This document shows, in pieces, positions 55,156 to 62,579 of a stretch of DNA of 64,000 nucleotides (position 1 is the stretch's first letter; the number at the start of each line of letters is the position of its first letter). The position numbers and the translations under genes were made by a program. Origin of the DNA: Thermoplasmata archaeon (GTDB lineage: Archaea > Thermoplasmatota > SW-10-69-26 > JACQPN01 > JAJPHT01); the NCBI GenBank assembly GCA_034667685.1, contig JAXDQU010000034.1, forward strand, positions 1-64,000, in the 5' to 3' direction. The notes under the pieces are model-generated. The model was not told where the DNA came from, made no database searches, and worked only from the letters and a program-made list of their open reading frames with translations.

Positions 55156-56445
55156 TCAGAGCGGATCGCGCGGCTCCATCGGCTCGTGCAGGAACGGCCG
55201 CGGCTGGGCCCCCTGGTAGGGCGCGGCGGTGTGCCCCTGCCCCACGAGGACCCACTTGGTCGTGGTGAGCCCTTCGAGGCCGACCGGGCCGCGCGCGTGG
55301 ACCTTGCTCGTGCTGATGCCGACCTCCGCGCCCAGGCCGTAGCGATAGCCGTCGGCGAAGCGCGTGCTGGCGTTGACGAAGACGCCCGCGCTGTCGACGC
55401 CCGCGACGAAGCGACGCGCCGCGTCGGTGTCCTCGGTGACGATGGCGTCGGTGTGCTTCGAGCCGTGGCGGTTCACGAACGCGATCGCCGCGTCGAGGTC
55501 CTTGACGAGCGCGAGCGCCACGGTCATGTCGCCGAACTCGCGCCCGAAGGCCTCCGCGTCCTCGCGCACCTCGACGCCCGCCTCGTGGAGCGCCTGGCGC
55601 AGCGCGGGGAGGATCGCGGGCGCCGCGTCCTCGTGGACCAGGATGCACTCGGCCGCGTTGCACGCGCTGGGGTTGTCCGTTTTGCTATCGAGGGCGATGG
55701 CGATCGCCTTGCGCGGGTCGGCGGCCGCGTCGACGTACACGTGGCAGACGCCCTCCGCGTGGCCGAGCACCGGGATGCGCGTGTGGGCCTTCACGTGGCG
55801 CACGAAGGCCGCCGAGCCGCGCGGGATCACGAGGTCGACAAGGTCGTCGTGCGCGAGGAGCGCGTTGGCCTCGGCGCGCCCTTCGAGCAATTGCACGGCG
55901 TCGCGCGGGATGCCGGCGGCGTCGATCGCGGCGCGGATCGCCTCGACGATCGCGCGGTTGGTGCGCTCCGCCTCCGCGCCGCCCTTGAGCAGCACCGCGT
56001 TGCCGCTGCGCAGCGCCAGCGCGGGGATCTGGATGGCCGCGTCGGGGCGCGACTCGAAGACGCACGCGACGACGCCCAATGGCACGGTCGTCTGCGTGAG
56101 CACGAGGCCGCGGTCGAGGCGCGTGGCGCGCAGCGGCCGGCCCAGCGGATCGGGGAGCGCCGCGACCTGCCGCACGCCCGCGAGCGTGAGCGCGAGCTTC
56201 TCGGGCGTCAGCTTCAGGCGCGCCAGCAGCGGCGCGGCGAGCCCCTCCGACTTCGCGGCGTCGAGGTCCTCCGCGTTCGCGGCCAGGAGCAGCTCGCGCT
56301 TGCGCTCCAGCGCGTTCGCCAGCGCGACGACCGCCGCGGCGCGCGTGGCGTCGGCGGCGCGGGCCAGCTTGAGCGCGGCCTCGCGGGCCGCCTGGGCCTT
56401 CGCACGGACTGCGTCCACGAGGCCCGATGTCGTCGCCGGCGGCAT
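55156..56445 (-). CDS. proA: Gamma-glutamyl phosphate reductase
   Basis: PLGV..FESRP, LKGG, IPRG, SACNA, NASTRFADG, ISTSKVHARGPVGL. Confidence 0.96.
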   Translation of the reverse strand: MPPATTSGLVDAVRAKAQAAREAALKLARAADATRAAAVVALANALERKRELLLAANAEDLDAAKSEGLAAPLLARLKLTPEKLALTLAGVRQVAALPDPLGRPLRATRLDRGLVLTQTTVPLGVVACVFESRPDAAIQIPALALRSGNAVLLKGGAEAERTNRAIVEAIRAAIDAAGIPRDAVQLLEGRAEANALLAHDDLVDLVIPRGSAAFVRHVKAHTRIPVLGHAEGVCHVYVDAAADPRKAIAIALDSKTDNPSACNAAECILVHEDAAPAILPALRQALHEAGVEVREDAEAFGREFGDMTVALALVKDLDAAIAFVNRHGSKHTDAIVTEDTDAARRFVAGVDSAGVFVNASTRFADGYRYGLGAEVGISTSKVHARGPVGLEGLTTTKWVLVGQGHTAAPYQGAQPRPFLHEPMEPRDPL

Positions 56446-56451
56446 GAAGCT

Positions 56452-56583
56452 TCACCTCTCGCGGGTCTCGATCTCGAGACGAAGGCGGATGCGGAGGCGC
56501 CGCAGGAGCGCCGCGATGCCGATGCCGAGGCCCAAGCCGCTCCCCCAACCGAGCATCGTCCAGTTCAGCGCGCCCATTCGCAT
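56452..56583 (-). CDS. Putative 43-aa single-TM microprotein upstream of proA
   Basis: MRMGALNWTMLGWGSGLGLGIGIAALLRRLRIRLRLEIETRER; its end contains the GAGGTGA SD-like motif of proA. Confidence 0.5.
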   Translation of the reverse strand: MRMGALNWTMLGWGSGLGLGIGIAALLRRLRIRLRLEIETRER

Positions 56584-56672
56584 TGTGAAGCGCGCGCCGT
56601 GGTATGAACGACTATCTGCACATTCTGCAGCATGCAGAACGGCACGTTAGCGCGCGTCGTCGAGACGAACCG

Positions 56673-57788
56673 TCATGACGATCGCCCGAACCACGCCGCG
56701 AACCGCTCGCTCTCGAAGCGGCGTTTCGCCTCCAGCGCGGCCTTGGTGGGCGGTTTGGCGGCGACGATGGGGTTCGGCGTGGCGTAGAAGTCGCCCGCGA
56801 CCTCGGTGGCGAGGCCGTCGCCCAATTCCAGGAAGCAAACGCCCTTGCCGTCGAAGCGCGCGTCCTCGTCGCCCGCGATGCGCCGCGCGACGACGCTCGC
56901 TTCGCCTTCGGCCATGACGCCGGCCTTCACGAGCGGCTTGCCGTTGGCGAGCTTCACCACGTTGCAGTCGCCCACGGCCCAGACGTCGGGGAGGCTCGTG
57001 GCGGCGGTGTGCGCGTCGGCGGGCGCCCAGCCCGCGAAAAGCTGCGCGACGAGGGGCGGGGGCTTGTGCGGGGGGACGGCGGCGAGCGCGTCGAAGGGCT
57101 CCTCGCTGCCGTCGGCGAAGATCGCCCGGGAGGGCTCGATGCGCGCGACCTGCTTGCCGTTGAGGACGCGCACGCCGCGCTCCTCGACCCAGCCGCGCAC
57201 CTCGTCGCCGCACGCCTTGCCCGCGATGGGGAGCGGCTGCGGCTCAGGCGAGGCGATCGTCACCTGCGCGTCGACGCCGCGCGCGTCGAGATATCGTTTC
57301 GCGAGCATGGCCGCCTCGTAGGGTGCGGGCGGGCACTTGAACGGCGTCGCGGTGACGAGCACGAGGACGCGGCCGCCACGCAGGCGCGCGAGGTCTTCGT
57401 GGAACGCCGCGACGCCCTCCTTCGCGTAGAGGTTGCGCGCGTGCTGCGCGAGGCCGGGCACGTCCTCGGGGGCGAGGCGCGCGCCCAAAGCGAGCACGAG
57501 CCGGTCGTACGCGATCTCCTGGCCGCCCACGCGGGCGCGCTTCGCCTGCGCGTCCACGGACTCGGCGCGCGCCTGCACGACGCGCACGCCGTGGCGCGCC
57601 ACGTCCGCGATCGCGCGCTCGCCCTCGCCCGCGCGCCGGCGGCCATCCAGGATCCAGAGCTTCGTCGTCCCCATGAGGAAGCTCGCGCGCTCGTCCACGA
57701 GCATGACCTCCTCGTCTGGCGCGAGGCGCTTGAGCTCGACCGCGGCGGTGAGCCCCCCGAAGCCCGCGCCCAGGATCAGCGTGCGCAT
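56673..57788 (-). CDS. Sulfide:quinone oxidoreductase/FCSD-like FAD-dependent oxidoreductase
   Basis: LGAGFGG, FKCPPAPYE, WAVGD, CFLELG. Confidence 0.85.
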   Translation of the reverse strand: MRTLILGAGFGGLTAAVELKRLAPDEEVMLVDERASFLMGTTKLWILDGRRRAGEGERAIADVARHGVRVVQARAESVDAQAKRARVGGQEIAYDRLVLALGARLAPEDVPGLAQHARNLYAKEGVAAFHEDLARLRGGRVLVLVTATPFKCPPAPYEAAMLAKRYLDARGVDAQVTIASPEPQPLPIAGKACGDEVRGWVEERGVRVLNGKQVARIEPSRAIFADGSEEPFDALAAVPPHKPPPLVAQLFAGWAPADAHTAATSLPDVWAVGDCNVVKLANGKPLVKAGVMAEGEASVVARRIAGDEDARFDGKGVCFLELGDGLATEVAGDFYATPNPIVAAKPPTKAALEAKRRFESERFAAWFGRSS

Positions 57789-57851
57789 GCGCCGCCATCA
57801 CGGCGGGTCGCTACAAAGCTTCATGCGACGGCAAGCCCAGCCGGCGCCGGC

Positions 57852-58169
57852 ATGGCCCCGGGCCCGGACGACGAGCAGCTGCTGCGCATGCTCCAGGAGG
57901 TCGAGGACGTCGAGGCGCTCGTCGAGCCCGAGCCCGAGGCGCCGCAGGCCGAGGCGTTCGACCCGTGCCCGTATTGCAGCGAGCCCGCGCAATACCTGGG
58001 CGAGTGCGGCGTCTGCGGCGAGCCGGGCTGCCTGCCCAAGGACCTCTGGACGCCCGGCGAGCCCGACCCGTGCCTCGTGCTCTGCGTGCGATGCGCGCGC
58101 AACATCCACCAGGGCTGCTCCGTCGAGGACGAGGCGGGCAACCCGCGCTGCGAACGGTGCGCGATATGA
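57852..58169 (+). CDS. Cys-rich zinc-finger protein (PHD-like C4HC3 spacing)
   Basis: Acidic N-terminus; CPYC, CGVC, LVLCVRCARNIHQGC, CERC. Confidence 0.7.
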   Translation: MAPGPDDEQLLRMLQEVEDVEALVEPEPEAPQAEAFDPCPYCSEPAQYLGECGVCGEPGCLPKDLWTPGEPDPCLVLCVRCARNIHQGCSVEDEAGNPRCERCAI

Positions 58170-58768
58170 CGCGCGAGGAGGACGCGCTGCGCTTTTTGGA
58201 GACGGGCGAGGTGCCCGGCCTCGCCGCCCCCACCGAGGACGAGCGCGTGGCCTTCGCCAGGACCTGCCTCGCGCTGGAGCCGTTCAAGACGAAGGCGTGG
58301 CCGCACTTCGCGTGCTTCGTGGACGCGAGCAACGTCGCGCGCCGCAAGCCCGTCGCCGTGCACGAGGTCAACGCGCCCAAGGCGAGCCTCGCGGACCTGG
58401 ACGCCGTCGTCGCCGCGCTCAAGCCGCTCCGCTACGTCGCGTTCGTCGTCTCCGACGCGAACCTCTTCCAGCTCATCGACCAGCCCTACGAGTGGCAGCG
58501 CAAGTATACGGCCTACCCGCACAGCGTCGCCAAGGGGCGCCAGGCCGACAACATCATGCTCAACGCGCTGCGCCGGCTGCCCGAGGCCGCCTGCGTCAGC
58601 AACGACCGCTTCAGCAAGCCCGACGAGCGGCGCGACTACGGCGACATCCTCGACGCGCCGATGCGCTTCTACCGCCATGCGTGGGAGGGCGACAAGCCCT
58701 CGTTCGTGGACCCGGCGGGCGCGCCCATGCCCGGCGCGCTGCGCAGGCTGGCGCGACGATTTTCGTGA
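58166..58768 (+). CDS. PIN-fold NYN (Zc3h12a/Regnase-like) RNase domain protein
   Basis: FVDASNVA, VSDA, ADNIML, VSNDRF acidic tetrad; ATGA overlap with the upstream Zn-finger gene. Confidence 0.75.
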   Translation: MTREEDALRFLETGEVPGLAAPTEDERVAFARTCLALEPFKTKAWPHFACFVDASNVARRKPVAVHEVNAPKASLADLDAVVAALKPLRYVAFVVSDANLFQLIDQPYEWQRKYTAYPHSVAKGRQADNIMLNALRRLPEAACVSNDRFSKPDERRDYGDILDAPMRFYRHAWEGDKPSFVDPAGAPMPGALRRLARRFS

Positions 58769-58815
58769 GTGGAGCGTCCACGATCTTGGAGCCAGCCGGA
58801 GTCCCACTCGTCGTC

Positions 58816-58888
58816 GGTCCCGCTTCCGATTCCGATTCCGCTTCCGACTTCCGCGTCGGGCTCGGAATCGGAATCGGAAGCGGGACCG
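58816..58888. repeat. Intergenic palindrome, family E (CCGATT/CCGCTT hexamers)
   Basis: GGTCCCGCTTCCGATTCCGATTCCG ... CGGAATCGGAATCGGAAGCGGGACC. Confidence 0.85.
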
Positions 58889-58962
58889 AACGGAAGCGGG
58901 ACGATTTCGAAAAGCGAATCCAGAAATAGGCCCCCCACCTGGTTGTGGTCCGGGATGCACCA

Positions 58963-59256
58963 ATGGAAGAGATCACCCGCTTCGTGAATCTCCCCGTCTA
59001 CACGGCCACCGGCACGTTCGTGGGCCACGTCAAGAACGTCATTCTCGACATCACGGGGCGCAAGCTCGACAGCCTGCTCGTCAGCAAGACGAACCCCGCC
59101 CTCGTCGAAGGCGGCGTCGACGTCGCCGTGCCCTACCGCTGGGTGCGCGCCTTCGACGACATCCTGATCCTGAGCTACTTCCCCACCCGCGTCGAGCTCC
59201 CCGCGCCCGCCGAGGCGGCCGAGGGCGAGGAGACCGACGCGATCCCGGCCCAGTAG
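58963..59256 (+). CDS. PRC-barrel protein, CdpB-like (archaeal cell division)
   Basis: EITRFVNLPVYTATGTFVG.V..VILD, VPYRWVRAFDDILI; resemblance to haloarchaeal CdpB is from memory. Confidence 0.75.
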   Translation: MEEITRFVNLPVYTATGTFVGHVKNVILDITGRKLDSLLVSKTNPALVEGGVDVAVPYRWVRAFDDILILSYFPTRVELPAPAEAAEGEETDAIPAQ

Positions 59257-59319
59257 GCCCGATCCATCGGCCCATCCGCCCGAAGGTTTACCTCCGGTCA
59301 GGGCCGATGAGGACGTGGC

Positions 59320-60279
59320 ATGGATGCGATCCCGTTCGATGCGGCACGCCCGCGGCGCGCCGTGCTCGACGCCTGGAACGACGTCAAGGCGGGACTCGAC
59401 TTCGTCGCGCACAACCTGCCCCGCGCCCACCGGGTCCTCTCCCGCGTGAATCCCTACCCGCGCCCCTGGCGCGCGGTGCGTCTCCCGGGGGCCGAGGGCG
59501 CCTCGCTCGCGGCCGTCTACGGCCCGGGCCGCCCGGGCGCCGGCGCGCTCCTGATCCTGCCGGGCACCTTCCAGACGAAGGACGACACGTCGCGCAAGCG
59601 CCGCGCCATCGGCCTCTGGCGCCGCTTCGGGCTGCACGTGCTCGTCCTCGACCAGCGCGGCTTCGGCGGCTCCTTCGACGCGCCGCCCACCGGGGGCTGG
59701 CTGGAGGCGGCCGACGCGCACCTCGCCGCCGACTGGCTGCGCCACGAGAGCGGCGCCCCGCGCGTGACCCTCTGGGGCGAGAGCCTGGGCGGCGCCGTCG
59801 CGCTCCTGGCCGCCGCCCGCCCCGGCGCCGAGGCGCGCTTCGAGCGCGTCGTCGCGTGGAGCCCGTTCGCCGACCTCGCCGACGCCACCGCTGCGGCCGA
59901 CCCGCGAAGCCCCCGCGGCCGCACGCTCCTGGGCCGCACGTACCGCTGGCTCCTGCGCGAGCGCACGCACGGCGAGGCGCAGGACTTCGGCGCCTTCCTC
60001 GCGCTGCGCGCCCACGCGCTGGGCCTCCCGCTCGAGGAGCTCGTCCGGCTCGGCTCGCCGCTGGCGCACGTGCGCGACCTCCGCGTGCCCGCGCTCGTGC
60101 TCCACGCCGAGGACGACCCCGTGGTGCCCGTCGCGCACGCGCGCAAGCTCGCCGACGCCCGCGCCCCGCGCCTCGACGTGCAGATCGTCCCGCGCGGCCG
60201 CCACCTCGACTTCGACCGCGAGGCGCCGCAATGGTACGCGCGGCTGACCCAAGCCCTGCTTGCATCCCCGACGGCCTGA
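59320..60279 (+). CDS. Alpha/beta hydrolase (YheT-like)
   Basis: DQRGFGGS, GESLGG nucleophile elbow, HAEDDPVVP, GRH. Confidence 0.85.
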   Translation: MDAIPFDAARPRRAVLDAWNDVKAGLDFVAHNLPRAHRVLSRVNPYPRPWRAVRLPGAEGASLAAVYGPGRPGAGALLILPGTFQTKDDTSRKRRAIGLWRRFGLHVLVLDQRGFGGSFDAPPTGGWLEAADAHLAADWLRHESGAPRVTLWGESLGGAVALLAAARPGAEARFERVVAWSPFADLADATAAADPRSPRGRTLLGRTYRWLLRERTHGEAQDFGAFLALRAHALGLPLEELVRLGSPLAHVRDLRVPALVLHAEDDPVVPVAHARKLADARAPRLDVQIVPRGRHLDFDREAPQWYARLTQALLASPTA

Positions 60280-60289
60280 TGCCTCTCGC

Positions 60290-60583
60290 ATGAGGCGCCC
60301 CGCCTCGCCCCGCGATAGGGCGAGCGCCAACAGCACCCTCTGCGGGGGCAACGTCACCAACTGCGTGACCGTCGTCGAGGCCTACGCGCTCCACTGCGGG
60401 CTCCTCCCGGCCTACGACGTGGCGACGTGCTGGGTCAAGGACTCGGGCGTCTGGTACGACTTCGCCGTGAACGGCGTCGTGGTCGGCCTCGTGGGCTGCG
60501 GCGTCATCGGCGGCCCCGCGTGCCTTCAGCCCGCCTGCCAGCCCATCGACGCGGACTGGCCCCACTACTGCCCGCTGGCGTAG
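60290..60583 (+). CDS. Small Cys-rich protein (8 Cys) lacking a signal peptide, possibly 5'-truncated
   Basis: ...RASANSTLCGGNVTNC...HYCPLA; C-terminus resembles the YCVPLA end of 36824-37057. Confidence 0.5.
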   Translation: MRRPASPRDRASANSTLCGGNVTNCVTVVEAYALHCGLLPAYDVATCWVKDSGVWYDFAVNGVVVGLVGCGVIGGPACLQPACQPIDADWPHYCPLA

Positions 60584-60628
60584 GGCGAAGCGACACGTCC
60601 TTGGCGGGGCGCGCGCCATGCCCGGCGC

Positions 60629-61393
60629 GTGACGAGCTTGCGCGTCGCCGCGCTCCAGATGCCGCACGGCCCGACGCTCGAAGGCAACCTGGCGAAGGCG
60701 CGCGCCATGGTCGCCCAGGCGCGCGAGGCGGGCGCCGCGCTGGCGCTGCTCCCCGAGTACTGGTTCGCCACGTTCGCCGGTCCCGTCGAGCCCGCGCCGC
60801 TGCGCGCCTTCTTCGCCGACGCCAGCCGTGATATCATCGTGGCGGGGAACCTGATCGAGGGCGGGCGCAACCTGGGCGTCGTCTACGAGCGCGGCGCGCC
60901 GCTCCTGGAGCAGCCCAAGATCCACCCGATGCCGCGCGAGGCCGCCAACGGCATCGTGGGGGGCGAGACGTGGCGCGTCGCGCCGGTCGCGGGCGTGCCC
61001 ACGGGCATGCTCGTGTGCGCCGACGTGCTCTATCCCGAGGCGGCGCGCATCGTGCAGCTCCTGGGCGCGCAGCTCCTGCTCAACCCGGTCATGAGCCCGT
61101 ACCGCGAGGTGGACGACACGAAGGAGGCGCGCGACGCCATCTTCGTGGCCCGCGCGTACGACGCCGGCGCGTTTCTCGTGAAGGCGGGCGGGTTCCGTCG
61201 GGGGGAGCCGGCCGTCGCGGGCCGCTCGCTCGTCACCGCGCCGTGGGGCGTCCTCGCTCGCTATCAAAACGAGCTGGCGGAGGAGGTGCTCGTCGTGGAC
61301 CTGGACCTCGCGCGGCTGGATCGGTTCCGGCGGCACCAGGCGACGTTTCCGGCGCGCAGGCCCTCAACGTACCAGGAGCTCGTGCGAGGGTAG
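60629..61393 (+). CDS. Carbon-nitrogen hydrolase (nitrilase superfamily)
   Basis: LLPEYW, KIH, VCAD, APWG. Confidence 0.88.
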   Translation: MTSLRVAALQMPHGPTLEGNLAKARAMVAQAREAGAALALLPEYWFATFAGPVEPAPLRAFFADASRDIIVAGNLIEGGRNLGVVYERGAPLLEQPKIHPMPREAANGIVGGETWRVAPVAGVPTGMLVCADVLYPEAARIVQLLGAQLLLNPVMSPYREVDDTKEARDAIFVARAYDAGAFLVKAGGFRRGEPAVAGRSLVTAPWGVLARYQNELAEEVLVVDLDLARLDRFRRHQATFPARRPSTYQELVRG

Positions 61394-62050
61394 CGCCGTG
61401 CCGGGCGCGGCGACGTCCTCGGTGCACCAGCTCTGGACGAGCGCGACGAGCTCGCCGCGGCGGGGCTCGGGCAGGCGGAAGGCGGCCGCGTGGCGCTCGA
61501 CGAGCTCGACGTCCTCGTGGCTGACGTGGCCGTCGCCCACCAGGCGGCGCACCTCGCCCAGGAGCGCGGGCGGGAGGCCGAGGAAGCGGCGGTCCAGGTC
61601 GAGGAAGCGCAGGCGCACGATGTAGTCGGTCGCGCGCTTGTCCAATTCGAGGTAGTGGCCGTCGTCGAGGCGGCCGTTGGCGTGGCGCTGGCGGATCGCG
61701 GCGCGCAGCGCGGCCAGGCGCGGGATGCCCTGCTCGGGCGCGGCCTTCGTGTCGGCGTACGCGCGGTCGAGGTCGAGCATCGCCTGCGTGAGCGCCTTGC
61801 GCCGCGCGCGGACGCGCCAGATCGCGTAGCCGCCCGCGAGGGCGGAGCCGCCGAGGCCCACGAACGCGACGATGGCCTGGACGTCGGCGCGCGCCCACCA
61901 CGGGCCGGCGCTCGCGGGCGCGCTTCTGTCGTCGCACGAATACTGGATCGGGCCGTAGGGACCCTGCGCGGTGCAGATGGCGGCGCTCGCCACCGGCAGG
62001 ACGGCCAGCAGGACCAAGGCTGCCGCCGGGTACGCAAGCCTCCACGCCAT
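61364..62050 (-). CDS. Single-pass membrane protein with short Cys-looped ectodomain
   Basis: Signal peptide, ICTAQGPYGPIQYSC, TM, helical cytoplasmic domain. Confidence 0.6.
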   Translation of the reverse strand: MAWRLAYPAAALVLLAVLPVASAAICTAQGPYGPIQYSCDDRSAPASAGPWWARADVQAIVAFVGLGGSALAGGYAIWRVRARRKALTQAMLDLDRAYADTKAAPEQGIPRLAALRAAIRQRHANGRLDDGHYLELDKRATDYIVRLRFLDLDRRFLGLPPALLGEVRRLVGDGHVSHEDVELVERHAAAFRLPEPRRGELVALVQSWCTEDVAAPGTALPSHELLVR

Positions 62051-62120
62051 GCCGGCGCAGTCCGCCTAACCCCTCAAAAACCCTTGCAACCACCGGGTTG
62101 CCGGTGTTGCTGCGCGGGGC

Positions 62121-62462
62121 TCAGAGCCGGTCGTACTTGTCCGCCCTTCCGCGCGCCTTCTCGACGGGGTACTTCGCGCGGTTCTGGACGAGCTTCGCGG
62201 CGAGGGCCTCGGGGAGGTCGAGCCCGGTCTTGTCGGCGAGGAGCATCGCGTACATCACGACGTCGGCGACTTCTTCGGCGACGCGCTGGCGCTCCTCCGG
62301 CGTGAGAGCGGCGGCCGGGCTGCGCCACTGGAAGATCTCGAGGAGCTCGCCCGCCTCGACGGCCAGCGACAGGGCGAGGTCCTTCGGATCGTGGAAGGCG
62401 TCCCAGGCGCGCTCGTCCACGAAGGCGCGCAGCTCGCGCCGGACGTCCTCGAAGGTGGGCAT
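62121..62462 (-). CDS. MazG-like nucleotide pyrophosphohydrolase
   Basis: ERAWDAFHDPKDLA..EAGELLE, EEVADV, NRAKYP. Confidence 0.9.
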   Translation of the reverse strand: MPTFEDVRRELRAFVDERAWDAFHDPKDLALSLAVEAGELLEIFQWRSPAAALTPEERQRVAEEVADVVMYAMLLADKTGLDLPEALAAKLVQNRAKYPVEKARGRADKYDRL

Positions 62463-62474
62463 GGGCGGCGCAAC

Positions 62475-62579
62475 TCAGAGGCCCAGCTTGAGCATGACGA
62501 AGAGCGTCAGCTGCAGCAGCAGGAACCCGCCCAGCAGGCCGCCCACGATGGTGAGCGTCCACGCGAGCCAGGCCTTCAG
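62475..62579 (-). CDS. Putative 34-aa single-TM microprotein
   Basis: LKAWLAWTLTIVGGLLGGFLLLQLTLFVMLKLGL fills the gap between the UbiD-like and MazG-like genes; CTG start overlapping TGA is inferred. Confidence 0.45.
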   Translation of the reverse strand: MKAWLAWTLTIVGGLLGGFLLLQLTLFVMLKLGL

